Positions 9,573 to 18,908 are shown, numbered from the stretch's first letter. The stretch is 46,983 nt of DNA from Alphaproteobacteria bacterium (GCA_051657245.1 JBOFKI010000095.1:1-46983), one strand, 5' to 3'. Notes: generated by a model from the letters alone, not told the origin. Program-made: numbers and translations.

Positions 9573-11036
9573 CTATTGCATAAAAATGCCTTCTTCTAAA
9601 GTTTCTTCCAATTTTTTCAACGTGGTTTTCTCGGTTTTATGAGGCACCTGAGCCGAAATGAAATCAACAATCTTTTGTTCAAAAACTGGCATCTGCAACG
9701 GCAAAAACGCTTGAGGATTCTGCCTATAAAATTTAAGCACCTCTTGCTCTCGACCCGGATGACGGGAAACTTCTTCCCTCATAACGTCAAGGAGCTCTTC
9801 TTCCGTCAGCTTAATGTTGTGAGTTTCCGCGATTTTTCCAAAAAGGAGTCCCAAACGCACCCGGCGCTCTGCAACTTTTTGATAGAGGCTGTAAAGCTCT
9901 GTTTCTTTCTTCTCAAAGTGTTCTTCAAAACTCTTTTCTCGCTCCGCCAAGGCTTCAGCAGGCAAGATGTTTTGATTAGCAATGCACTGGCTGTGGTCAT
10001 GATCCTCTTCTTCGCCATCGTGATGATGGTGTCCAAGCTGCTCTGGCAGAGGCTCTAAACCAATCTCCCGCAAGGTGTTGCGCCAGATGGATTTAAATTC
10101 AGCCGCAACCATCTCTTCAGGAAGATCAACCGTGTACCGTTCAGATAAATAATCCAAAATTTGGCGCTTTAAACACAGCTTAGAAACCATATCTCCATAT
10201 TGTTTCAGCTGCTCCATCTCCCTTGCCTTGAGGTCTTCTAAACTTTCAAGTTTTAGATGCTTTGCCAATTCTTCTCCCACTTCAAAAGGAATGGTCTCTC
10301 GGACTTCATTAACGGAAATTTGCACGTGGACAGATTGACCTGCTAATCGCGAATCTGGAAAATCTGATGGGAAATTGATTTTATCTTTCACCACTTTTCC
10401 AGGCACAGCGCCCAAAACGAGCGCCTCTAAATCACCCAGCTCATCCTGTTCGCTGATGTAGAAAAACGTATTTTGAAGAACAGCAGGTTCCCCACTAGGC
10501 TTATTCCGAAGTTCCATATCTACAAAAAGCGTGTCACCCCTTTGGGCAGGACGAGGCGTCTCAAGGGGTTTTGAATTGCGCTGTGAAGCCGCAAGCGATT
10601 TCAAATGCTCCCCCATCGCCTCTTCTGAAATTTCGACATCGTAAAAGGCTAAAGAAAGATCGGGCCACGCAATTTCTGGAAGCTCAGGGAAAACTTCAAA
10701 AGAAATCTTAAACTCGAGATCTTTTCCCTCCTCTGGAACAGATTCAAGGCTATATTGAGGCTTTGAGGCCGTCTTTAAAGCTTTCTCTTTAAAAAAAGCA
10801 TCAGAGGCTTCATTAACGGCTTCCTCAATTGCATGGCTCCACGCATCTTTGAAAAAAACCTTCTGCAATTGGGAAAAAGGTACTTTACCAGGGCGGAAAC
10901 CCGGAACTTTATAATCTTTTCCTTTCAACTGGATAAACGCCACCGTTTTTTTATCCACAGTTGAGAAAGGGACGGAAATCTTATAAGCTCTTTTTAGCTT
11001 TTCGTTTAAAAGCTCCTGAATCTGCATATCAAACAC
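9573..11036 (-). CDS. tig: trigger factor
   Basis: 487 aa. N-terminal ribosome-binding GFRPGKVP motif, AERRVRLGLL in the C-domain, and position upstream of clpP-clpX. Contains an unusual His/acidic insertion (see findings). Confidence 0.9.
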   Translation of the reverse strand: MFDMQIQELLNEKLKRAYKISVPFSTVDKKTVAFIQLKGKDYKVPGFRPGKVPFSQLQKVFFKDAWSHAIEEAVNEASDAFFKEKALKTASKPQYSLESVPEEGKDLEFKISFEVFPELPEIAWPDLSLAFYDVEISEEAMGEHLKSLAASQRNSKPLETPRPAQRGDTLFVDMELRNKPSGEPAVLQNTFFYISEQDELGDLEALVLGAVPGKVVKDKINFPSDFPDSRLAGQSVHVQISVNEVRETIPFEVGEELAKHLKLESLEDLKAREMEQLKQYGDMVSKLCLKRQILDYLSERYTVDLPEEMVAAEFKSIWRNTLREIGLEPLPEQLGHHHHDGEEEDHDHSQCIANQNILPAEALAEREKSFEEHFEKKETELYSLYQKVAERRVRLGLLFGKIAETHNIKLTEEELLDVMREEVSRHPGREQEVLKFYRQNPQAFLPLQMPVFEQKIVDFISAQVPHKTEKTTLKKLEETLEEGIFMQ

Positions 11037-11123
11037 ACCTAAAATTGCTGTTATTATCTCTACGTTTTTTCACGACAACAACTCCCCAAGAGAAGTACAC
11101 CCTGTATCAAACGTCACACCCTC

Positions 11124-11208
11124 TGGTACGGGTGAAGGGACTTGAACCCCCACGGCTTGCGCCACCAGAACCTAAATCTGGCGTGTCTACCAGTTCCACC
11201 ACACCCGC
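11124..11208 (-). tRNA. tRNA-Leu (anticodon TAG)
   Basis: The reverse complement reads GCGGGTGTGGTGGAACTGGTAGACACGCCAGATTTAGGTTCTGGTGGCGCAAGCCGTGGGGGTTCAAGTCCCTTCACCCGTACCA. It has a 7-bp acceptor stem, the anticodon arm CCAGA-TTTAGGT-TCTGG, a long variable arm, a GGTTCAAGTCC T-loop and an encoded CCA. Confidence 0.9.
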
Positions 11209-11335
11209 AACCTCCGCATCATATCCTTTTTTTTCTCCGCTTTCTACGTCTAGCATTGAAAAAATATTTTTTTTTAGTCTCCCCAAAAAGCTTTTGCCAT
11301 AAAAGAAGTTTTTACAACATCATCGCGCTGAAAAG

Positions 11336-12085
11336 TTAAGAAATAAGCTCTGCTGGCATTTCTTTCTTTCTCAACCAAGCCGTGAAAAAAATGGAAAGCT
11401 CATAGAGACCATAGAGAGGAAGGGCCAAACTGATAGGACTCAACAGATCTGGCGGTGTAATGAGGGCCGCAAAAACCACAATGCCCAAAAATGCATACTT
11501 TCTGTTTTTCCTCAAAGAATCTAAGCTGACGAGGCCGCTTTTTGCAAGCAATGTCAGCAAGATGGGCAACTGGAACGAAACACCAAAAGCCATCACCAGC
11601 TTCATCATTAAAGAGAGGTACTCACTTACCCGGGTTTCAAGCTGAATCGCCAGCTGTCCAGAAACAGGCGGCGCCTCAAAGCTTAAGAAAAATTTCCACG
11701 CCAGCGGGCAAACTCCATAATAGGCCATACAAGCTCCCAGCAAAAAAAGGAATGGCGTTGCCACCACAAACGTCAAAAATACTTTCTTTTCATGGGCATA
11801 AAGCCCTGGCGCAATAAAACGCCAAATCTGAGCTGCAATGAGAGGGAAAATAATGAAAAACGACGTGTATAGTGAGAGCTTCAGATAGGTCGTAAAAGCC
11901 TCCGTCAGCCCCGTAAAAATCAGGCGTCTCCCGGCTTCTCCCTGGAAAAGATCTGCCAACGGCTGTACAAAGAAAAGAAAAATTTTATCTGAAAAAAAAT
12001 AGCACCCGGCAAATGCAATTCCCCATGCCAGGAAGCACACCAAAAGACGTTGCCTTAATTCTACCAAATGATCTAACAGGGTCAT
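11336..12085 (-). CDS. tatC: twin-arginine translocase subunit TatC
   Basis: Polytopic membrane protein. MTLLDHLVELRQRLL is the conserved TatC N-terminus. I prefer the ATG at 12085; the ORF track starts at a GTG at 12115, which would overlap lolA. Confidence 0.88.
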   Translation of the reverse strand: MTLLDHLVELRQRLLVCFLAWGIAFAGCYFFSDKIFLFFVQPLADLFQGEAGRRLIFTGLTEAFTTYLKLSLYTSFFIIFPLIAAQIWRFIAPGLYAHEKKVFLTFVVATPFLFLLGACMAYYGVCPLAWKFFLSFEAPPVSGQLAIQLETRVSEYLSLMMKLVMAFGVSFQLPILLTLLAKSGLVSLDSLRKNRKYAFLGIVVFAALITPPDLLSPISLALPLYGLYELSIFFTAWLRKKEMPAELIS

Positions 12086-12102
12086 TGCGGGACTCACACA
12101 GT

Positions 12103-12705
12103 TTATTTTTTCCACCCAAAGACCCCAGCGGGAAGCGGTTTATTGATTTTAATGTTTTTTAGCGTTACTTGGGTCTGAACACCTTGCAAATCTGTCACCA
12201 CCCAACGTTTCAGCCGAATAGGATTTTCATCAAAAACCAGCGTAAGGCTACCTGCGTCTGGGTTTTCAGTTTGATAAACCGTAATAGCCGTCCAATTTTT
12301 TTCACACGTCACCTGCTGCACCGTAATCCCCTGCTTAAAAGAGATGTGGGATTTCAGGAGAAACGCGACCGGCGTTGAGGCGATGGGAGAACCATTTACC
12401 TCTTCTGCACCCGCCTCTCGATACATCAGATGTTTTCCATCCGCGAGCACTTCAACCCCTTTGGGTGGATTGTAAGAAAGCTTGAGCATTCCAAAAGGCT
12501 CCCGAGCGCCTGCCAGAGGCCTTGCGACATAAAGAACCCCGCATGCCGTCTCTCCATAGCTGGTCGCTTCATCAAACGCTGCCTCAAGGGTTCGCATTTG
12601 GTTCAAGGCAACCTCATAACGGGTCAAATCTTGAGCCGCCGTAACAACCGCCCCCCCTTGGAAGAGTGCATAAACAAACAAAATCAATTTTAGGCAAGCG
12701 TTCAT
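12103..12705 (-). CDS. lolA: LolA-like outer-membrane lipoprotein carrier protein
   Basis: About 200 aa with a signal peptide (MNACLKLILFVYALFQGGAVVTAAQ) and a beta-rich periplasmic composition. Sits immediately downstream of ftsK, the conserved ftsK-lolA synteny. AGGA lies 8 nt upstream of the chosen ATG. The sequence-level match is judged by eye only. Confidence 0.6.
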   Translation of the reverse strand: MNACLKLILFVYALFQGGAVVTAAQDLTRYEVALNQMRTLEAAFDEATSYGETACGVLYVARPLAGAREPFGMLKLSYNPPKGVEVLADGKHLMYREAGAEEVNGSPIASTPVAFLLKSHISFKQGITVQQVTCEKNWTAITVYQTENPDAGSLTLVFDENPIRLKRWVVTDLQGVQTQVTLKNIKINKPLPAGVFGWKK

Positions 12706-12731
12706 TTTTCTATCCTTTTTGGGTTTATACA

Positions 12732-15107
12732 TTACAAAATTTCTCGCTTCCCAACATGATTGGGGGAAGATACAACGCCCTCGCTTTCCATCTGGTCCAT
12801 GATGCGAGCCGCTCTGTTATAGCCAATTTGAAAATGCCGTTGGATATAGCTCGTCGAAGCTTTGCCGTCACGCCGAACCAATACAACAGCTTGCTCATAA
12901 AAAGAATCTAAGCCTTCAGCAACAGCCTGACCAGCTCCCTCTTCACCTTCTTCAGGGTCTAAGGTGATATCTTCAATATAATCAGGTGCCCGTTGGCTCT
13001 TCAAAAAGCTCACAACCTGCTCAACATCTGCGTCGCTTACAAAGGGACCGTGAACCCGGGTGATGCGCCCGCCAGACGCCATGTAAAGCATGTCCCCTTG
13101 TCCCAAAAGCTGTTCAGCGCCTTGTTCGCTCAAAATTGTGCGGCTGTCAATCTTTGATGTTACCTGAAAGCTGATGCGGGTGGGGAAGTTAGCCTTGATG
13201 GTTCCCGTAATCACATCCACCGACGGCCGTTGGGTCGCCATGATTAGATGAATCCCCGCAGCACGTGCCATCTGAGCCAGTCTTTGAACCGCCGCTTCAA
13301 TCTCCTTTCCCGCAACCAACATTAAGTCAGCCATCTCATCCACCACCACCACAATAAACGGAAGCGGGTCTGTATGCAGGTCTTGGGTTTCAAATTGAGG
13401 CTCCCCCGTTTCAGGCTCAAAACCCACTTGGACCTTTCGACTGAGAGATTCCCCTTTAGCCTGGGCTTCCCGGAGGCGCTGATTATAATTTTCAATATTA
13501 CGCACACTCAATTGGGCCATTGCACGGTAACGATTCTCCATCTCACGAACCACCCACTTCAGCGCGACAATGGCTTTTTTAGGATCTGTTACAACGGGGG
13601 TAAGCAAATGCGGAATACCGTCATAGACAGAAAGCTCCAACATTTTCGGGTCGATCATGATGAATTTACACTGCTCCGGAGACAAGCGAAAAATGAGGGA
13701 GAGAATCATCGCATTGATACCCACCGATTTTCCAGAACCTGTCGTACCCGCCACCAGCAAATGGGGCATGCGAGCCAAATCTGCGATCACGGGGAGCCCC
13801 CCTATGTTTTTCCCCAAAACCAAGGGCAAATGTTGAGAGGCTTCTTGATAGGCAGATGAGGCCAAGAGCTCACGCAAATAGACTGTTTCTCTTGATTTAT
13901 TGGGAAGCTCAATGCCGATGATATTTCGTCCCGCAACCACAGCCACCCGCGCAGAAAGTGCACTCATAGAACGGGCGATATCATCCGCCAAGCTGATCAC
14001 CCTAGAAGATTTAAGGCCAGCCGCAGGTTGAAGCTCATAAAGGGTCACAACAGGCCCTGGGTTTGCTTGAACGATCTCGCCCCGAATGCCAAAATCGTCC
14101 AACACCCCTGCTAATTCTTGAGCGCTTTCCTGAAGCGCCGCCCTTGAAACAGTTGGGTGGTCTAAAATCTTTGCGGGAGGCAGCAACCCCAGAGGAGGCA
14201 ATTGATAGGCTTGCCCTTCAGGTAAAGGCGACCTTAAAGCCTCTACCTTTTTAGAAGGTCCCGCGTCTCCCTTCTTTTTCCCCCATGTAAGAAAAGATTT
14301 TTTCTGGGGCGCGTTTTCGTAATCTTTCAAAAATGCATCCGGGGATGGAAGCTCCAGCCCCTCCGCTGGAATTTCGGGAACAGGCCCTGAGCCTTGGCCA
14401 AACATAACAGGTTGAAAGGGAAACTCCCCCTCACGCTGTCCTGAAAGCCCTGCAGGCTGAGCTTCATAAGCCAAGGACATGGCTTCATTTCCGTAACCGC
14501 GCCCCGGAATCACCCCTTCAGATCGTTTAAAAAAATCTAGAAACAAAGACAAGACATTATGCATCACGTGACATCCCACAACCAAGTGGTGCGATGTTCC
14601 GCCAAAGCTTAAAAACAAACTACAAATTCCCAGCATACTGAAAAGAAGAGAAAAAGCACCTAAAAATGGGATACAAAAAGGAAAAATTTGTATCAATCCT
14701 TGCTGGAGCAGAAATCCTAAAGCTCCTCCATGGGGCATCGTAAAACTAAGCTTCTCTAATTCAGGGGGGAAGAAGCCCGCTGATGCAAAAGAGAGAAGGG
14801 GGATAGCAAAAAGATAAAAAGCGGTTAACCTCAGCCCCTTGGCTCTCTCCTGAAAAACCAAAAACACACAAAAACAGGGAATTGTATAGGCCGCAACTCC
14901 CACCAGCTGAAGCAGTGTATCGCTCCACTGAGCCCCCCACATTCCCAGCCAATTTTCCACAGGGGTGAACGTTGCAAAATTCCACGAAGGGTCCCCCGGG
15001 TCATAGCTTAAAAAAGCAAGCCCCAAGAAAAGCGCCCCAAGAAAAAGTAGGCTCTTAAGAAAAACTGGGGACCAACCCCGCAAAACGAATAAAAAAGAAG
15101 AGAACAT
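12732..15107 (-). CDS. ftsK: DNA translocase FtsK
   Basis: 791 aa. N-terminal multi-TM region, Pro-rich linker, motor domain with Walker A GTTGSGKSVGINAMI and Walker B VVVVDEMADLM, and a C-terminal gamma winged-helix (SYIQRHFQIGYNRAARIMDQME). Confidence 0.96.
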   Translation of the reverse strand: MFSSFLFVLRGWSPVFLKSLLFLGALFLGLAFLSYDPGDPSWNFATFTPVENWLGMWGAQWSDTLLQLVGVAAYTIPCFCVFLVFQERAKGLRLTAFYLFAIPLLSFASAGFFPPELEKLSFTMPHGGALGFLLQQGLIQIFPFCIPFLGAFSLLFSMLGICSLFLSFGGTSHHLVVGCHVMHNVLSLFLDFFKRSEGVIPGRGYGNEAMSLAYEAQPAGLSGQREGEFPFQPVMFGQGSGPVPEIPAEGLELPSPDAFLKDYENAPQKKSFLTWGKKKGDAGPSKKVEALRSPLPEGQAYQLPPLGLLPPAKILDHPTVSRAALQESAQELAGVLDDFGIRGEIVQANPGPVVTLYELQPAAGLKSSRVISLADDIARSMSALSARVAVVAGRNIIGIELPNKSRETVYLRELLASSAYQEASQHLPLVLGKNIGGLPVIADLARMPHLLVAGTTGSGKSVGINAMILSLIFRLSPEQCKFIMIDPKMLELSVYDGIPHLLTPVVTDPKKAIVALKWVVREMENRYRAMAQLSVRNIENYNQRLREAQAKGESLSRKVQVGFEPETGEPQFETQDLHTDPLPFIVVVVDEMADLMLVAGKEIEAAVQRLAQMARAAGIHLIMATQRPSVDVITGTIKANFPTRISFQVTSKIDSRTILSEQGAEQLLGQGDMLYMASGGRITRVHGPFVSDADVEQVVSFLKSQRAPDYIEDITLDPEEGEEGAGQAVAEGLDSFYEQAVVLVRRDGKASTSYIQRHFQIGYNRAARIMDQMESEGVVSSPNHVGKREIL

Positions 15108-15185
15108 TAATATCTGCTAAAGCACCGTTCACAACCTGAAACTTATCGCCAGATCATGCCATGTTCCCAAACAGATGTCAAAAAT

Positions 15186-15746
15186 CTACTCACACTTTTC
15201 CGTGTATGAATTGGTGATTTCCACATCTTTTTTCTTCGGCAAGATCTTCAAATGAAGATGATGGCGCGTTTCCCAAGGCTTTGAATCCGCCGGACAGCCT
15301 TTATCTTCTGTGGGAATATAAGAAATTTTTTGAACAGTATCACCGTCTTTCCTCATTTTTGTCACGATCACCTGCGTTGTCCGAGACTGCCCCGCGCTTT
15401 CCAAAAATTCTTTAGAAAACGTAACGAGCAGGCTTTCTCTTTGTCCTTTTTCAGGGCTTGGAAAAACAAATTCTAATTGTTGTAAATCTCCCTTGACACG
15501 ATTTTCACTCAAATCTAAAAGAAGGCCTCTTTTGTTGCCTCCCTCTATAATAGAAAAAAGGTTGATCTTTTTACCCGCCTTGTTAACTCTCCCACCTTCC
15601 GTTGTTTCAATCACTTTTGTTTTAAGGTTTTCCGAAGGATCTGCATTTTGTATGTGGATCCTCAGCTTCGTAGCAGAAGCAAAAGAAACATTCCCCAAGA
15701 AAACTAGAAAGGTTAAAAAAGTTAATCTGTTTTTGAAATGGCGCAT
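15186..15746 (-). CDS. hypothetical exported protein
   Basis: 186 aa with a clear signal peptide (MRHFKNRLTFLTFLVFLGNVSFASA). No recognisable motif. Adjacent to an IS remnant and a tRNA gene. Confidence 0.6.
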   Translation of the reverse strand: MRHFKNRLTFLTFLVFLGNVSFASATKLRIHIQNADPSENLKTKVIETTEGGRVNKAGKKINLFSIIEGGNKRGLLLDLSENRVKGDLQQLEFVFPSPEKGQRESLLVTFSKEFLESAGQSRTTQVIVTKMRKDGDTVQKISYIPTEDKGCPADSKPWETRHHLHLKILPKKKDVEITNSYTEKCE

Positions 15747-15909
15747 TTTGATCTCCTTGACCGTCAGTGACTTGCAAAATTATTATCGCCAAGAAATTAT
15801 AAAAAAGTATTACAAATCAATAAGTTAAAAAGATTTTTTTAACCACTTCTCTTACCAGAGTTTAAGGATGTATTCGTAAGGGGGGAGACTTTTAAGTGTT
15901 TTGATCAGA

Positions 15910-16140
15910 TTAGCAAAACTGTAAGCCTTTACGAAAGCAATCTTCTTGTACTTGTTTGTCTCCATCGCCTTCTGGCAAACGACTGGTACCATGGCGCTGA
16001 AAAAGGCGATACAAGCTTGAGCGCGTCAGTTTGGGTATGCTGCTTTGCAGAGCATATAGGCAATCATCCAAGGACGTTTGTGAAAAGCAATATAAGAAGC
16101 CTCCCACTGCTTCTGTCGTTTTGGCGCACCCATCTCAAGA
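15910..16140 (-). pseudogene. IS481-family transposase N-terminal fragment
   Basis: The translation ...LDDCLYALQSSIPKLTRSSLYRLFQRHGTSRLPEGDGDK... matches from memory the segment LDDCLYALQxxIPHLTRSSLHRCLQRHGISRLPxxEGDK that precedes the DDE domain in a group of alphaproteobacterial IS481-type transposases. It stops before any catalytic domain. Confidence 0.5.
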
Positions 16141-16301
16141 TTTTTCCCATATTTCCCTGTATTCCCTCATTCAATTAAAAATTGCATGAAAATTTTTTTC
16201 ATTTCGGCGCTACCGGTTGCGTCTTTATATTTCTTTTCATAATTGGATGTTTCACCGCACAGCGCCTTCCTATTTTTTTACCGAAAAATGAGAGCAATTT
16301 C

Positions 16302-16330
16302 TTGACAGAAGCCTGGGGGCAAGCTATCAA
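16302..16330 (+). promoter_or_regulatory. sigma-70-type promoter candidate for the tRNA-Met gene
   Basis: TTGACA (16302-16307), a 17-nt spacer, then TATCAA (16325-16330), ending 15 nt before the mature tRNA 5' end. Confidence 0.4.
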
Positions 16331-16345
16331 AAGATAATCAGGATT

Positions 16346-16422
16346 GGCGGAGTAGCTCAGTTGGTTAGAGCGGCGGAATCATAATCCGTAGGTCGGGGGT
16401 TCAAGTCCCTCCTCCGCTACCA
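16346..16422 (+). tRNA. tRNA with CAT anticodon (elongator Met, or Ile2 if lysidine-modified)
   Basis: GGCGGAGTAGCTCAGTTGGTTAGAGCGGCGGAATCATAATCCGTAGGTCGGGGGTTCAAGTCCCTCCTCCGCTACCA gives a full cloverleaf with anticodon loop ATCATAA. It lacks the initiator features: no C1:A72 mismatch and no three G-C pairs in the anticodon stem. Confidence 0.9.
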
Positions 16423-16485
16423 CCTGCGTTTGAAGAATGCTTCCCCCTCTTTTTTGTGAACTTTATTCAACGGCACAGGACATGT

Positions 16486-17481
16486 ATGGTCGATTTTTCT
16501 AATTTATTGGTGCCCCCTCTGCTTTTTTTCATGCTTGGTTTTGGGATGCGTTTGGTTCGTTCAGAACTTGAGATTCCTGCCAATTTTGTGAAGGTCATGT
16601 CAATCTATCTGATGGTGGGAATTGGCCTCCATGGTGGGATGCAGCTGGGTCAGCATCAGCTTGCTCTCTCTCTTCAAGCAATGTTCGTGGCTTTTGGGGG
16701 AGGTGTTGTGCAAACGGTACTCTCTTACCTGTTGTTGAAGCATGTCTGGCGTCTTGATTCTCTTAACAGCGCAGCCCTGGCGGCCCACTATGGCTCTGTC
16801 AGTTTGGCGACCTTTTTAACAGCTGTTGCTTTCCTCAAAAGCCAGCATATACTCTACGAGTCTTACCCTTTTGTGATGCTGGCGATTATGGAATCTCCCG
16901 GCATTTTCGTGGGACTTTTTTTGGCTCAGCATGCCAGGGCGCGTGGCAATCTTGCAGGAAGCTCTCAGGTTCCCTCCAAAAATCTGCATATTTTTTTAGG
17001 CTGCCTTAAAAATGATAGTGTTCTGCTGCTATTGGGCAGCATGTTAATCGGTTATCTTTGCATGCCCCAAGGGACAGAGTCTTTGTTGCCGTTCTATACG
17101 GGCATCTTTCAAGGGGTGCTATCTCTTTTTCTGCTGGCTATGGGGGCAGATGCTGCGCTTTATGCCCGAGAGTTCACCAAAGTGGGCCTTCCCCTCGTTT
17201 GCTTTGCTATTTTGATGCCGCTTTTGGGAGGCGCGTTAGGGGTTCTGGTTGCCCATTATGTTCTAAATTTTGGGGTTGGGGGGTGTGTTTTGGTGGCAGC
17301 CCTCGGGGCAAGCGCCTCTTACATTGCTGTTCCACCAGCCATGCGCTTGGCGATCCCTGAGGCTCGCACATCCGTGGCCCTCACCCTCTCCCTAGGAGTC
17401 ACCTTTCCATTTAATGTGATGTTGGGAATTCCTCTTTATCTATCCTTTGCGATGTGGCTTTTGAAATTGCATTCAAATTAA
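16486..17481 (+). CDS. SbtA-like sodium-dependent bicarbonate transporter family permease (Sbt_1/DUF897)
   Basis: Polytopic membrane protein. LLVPPLLFFMLGFGMRLVRSELEIPANFVKVMSIYLMVGIGLHGGMQL and AAHYGSVSLATFLTAVAFL resemble the SbtA-family N-terminal repeat. An in-frame ATG at 16486 with AGGA 5 nt upstream is preferred over the GTG at 16456. Confidence 0.72.
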   Translation: MVDFSNLLVPPLLFFMLGFGMRLVRSELEIPANFVKVMSIYLMVGIGLHGGMQLGQHQLALSLQAMFVAFGGGVVQTVLSYLLLKHVWRLDSLNSAALAAHYGSVSLATFLTAVAFLKSQHILYESYPFVMLAIMESPGIFVGLFLAQHARARGNLAGSSQVPSKNLHIFLGCLKNDSVLLLLGSMLIGYLCMPQGTESLLPFYTGIFQGVLSLFLLAMGADAALYAREFTKVGLPLVCFAILMPLLGGALGVLVAHYVLNFGVGGCVLVAALGASASYIAVPPAMRLAIPEARTSVALTLSLGVTFPFNVMLGIPLYLSFAMWLLKLHSN

Positions 17482-17680
17482 AATAATCAGCAGTAGTATA
17501 ATTTTTATCCTTTCCGCTCAAGCGGAAGAAAGAATCCTATGACATATCTTCAGGGGATCTTCGCTTAAACCCTTCTGGATGTTAGCGTTTTAACCTGTTT
17601 CTAGAGCTTATGCCAGTTTTAAACTTTCTTTTTTACTTTTATAAAAAAAGAATAAAAAGGTGGTAATGGTTGTATATCCC

Positions 17681-17886
17681 TGTGGAGTATGTGGAATCTT
17701 TTTTTTCCACACCTTTAACCACATACTTAACGCGCTTTAAATCCACTTATTTTAAGAAAACCAGAAAAAAATCCACAGGTTGTGGATTTTTTTTAAAAAA
17801 AAGAAAGATCTGTGGATAAAATGGGGATTGTTTGGGGATGGTTATACATTTTTTTTTATCCCCAATCTATTCCATTGTTATCCACA
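17681..17886. promoter_or_regulatory. cluster of DnaA-box-like 9-mers (candidate oriC or DnaA-titration locus)
   Basis: Matches to TTATCCACA/TGTGGATAA: perfect at 17811-17819 and 17878-17886; one mismatch at 17703-17711 and 17856-17864; two mismatches at 17681-17689, 17769-17777 and 17781-17789; three mismatches at 17690-17698 and 17739-17747. The setting is AT-rich, between the 3' ends of two convergent genes. Confidence 0.5.
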
Positions 17887-17898
17887 TGCTTTTAAAGT

Positions 17899-18891
17899 TT
17901 AAGGGATAGATTTTATAAAATCTTCTAAAAATTTGATCGTGTTGAAGGTAAGCTCATTGTTGATCATGATGGCCACTTTTAAGAGTTGATAATTTTGAAT
18001 CCCATCTAGAATATCTTGTCCTGCTATATCCCCCCAAGAATTTTTCGCTGCGTTAATTTCATCTGAAAGGCCTTCATTAACCTTTATAAAAATTTGTTCC
18101 ATATAGCCGGTATGGATAAGAAGCTCATCGTTAAGTTGCGCAATAGCATCTGCTAAAATATCTTCAACAGGCTCAAAATGTTTTGCATTTTGGGGTGGGC
18201 CTAAGTCAATGAGCCTTGCCCCACGGAAAGCACGGAAAGCTTTTTCAAAACAACCATGATTGGCCTTGAGCCGAAAATCAATTTTTTGGGTTTCTTTTTT
18301 TAACTTGATTTTCAAAGTCTCATCAGAGCCTTTGTAATAGTCAAAATACGTTCTGTTTTTTATATAATCAGGATTATCTATCCAAGTTCCTGGATTGTCT
18401 GGGTCTTCTATCTGGGGTTCTAAGCTATAATCTTGAGGGTAATCCGTCATGTCTACGGGCTTTTGATCCGTTCGGATTCCAGAAAAAATATAATTTCCAT
18501 AAACATCTTTTTTGTTTAATAATGTAATTAACTGATTTTCTAATTGTTGTAGACGTTCTGGAAAGCTGATGGTGCTGTTGACAGCGGCGTTATTGGCCCC
18601 CTTGCACAGCACAAAAAAATCTTTCAGAATTTGGTTGACCTGATTTATAGCTATTTCATAGGGGTTTAGTTCTGTAAGCAGAGATCTTTGGTTGAGTGAT
18701 TCAAACGAAAGTCCGATTTCTTTTTCTGAAAAAGACGAAAGAACCAACTTTGTTTCTTTAGGGCTTTCTCCCCATTTTTCTGCTTTATAACCTGTTGAAA
18801 TTTTTATGACAGAGGTGGCGAGCTCTGTCTGTCTTTTGGTATTTTGACGTTGAAGGCTATCAAACGTGTGCCGAGTTGAAACGTGAAACAT
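17899..18891 (-). CDS. flgL: flagellar hook-associated protein 3 (FlgL-like), divergent
   Basis: 330 aa directly downstream of flgK. The N-terminus FHVSTRHTFDSLQRQNTKRQTELATSVIKISTGYK fits the flagellin-N/FlgL heptad pattern (xISTxxxxxxxxxxLxxxxxxLxxxQxQxSTGKR). The rest is not recognisable by eye. Confidence 0.6.
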   Translation of the reverse strand: MFHVSTRHTFDSLQRQNTKRQTELATSVIKISTGYKAEKWGESPKETKLVLSSFSEKEIGLSFESLNQRSLLTELNPYEIAINQVNQILKDFFVLCKGANNAAVNSTISFPERLQQLENQLITLLNKKDVYGNYIFSGIRTDQKPVDMTDYPQDYSLEPQIEDPDNPGTWIDNPDYIKNRTYFDYYKGSDETLKIKLKKETQKIDFRLKANHGCFEKAFRAFRGARLIDLGPPQNAKHFEPVEDILADAIAQLNDELLIHTGYMEQIFIKVNEGLSDEINAAKNSWGDIAGQDILDGIQNYQLLKVAIMINNELTFNTIKFLEDFIKSIP

Positions 18892-18908
18892 GGTTTAATC
18901 TCCTATCA

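Noticed and set aside
13374-13859. Long antisense ORFs inside strongly supported genes (for example 13374-13859 in ftsK, 21913-22374 in flgI, 32245-32850 in proS, 8319-8627 in clpX, 9639-10058 in tig, 29226-29564 in rnj)
   Set aside because: Each lies opposite a gene with unmistakable family motifs and has a biased, low-complexity translation. They are typical shadow ORFs.
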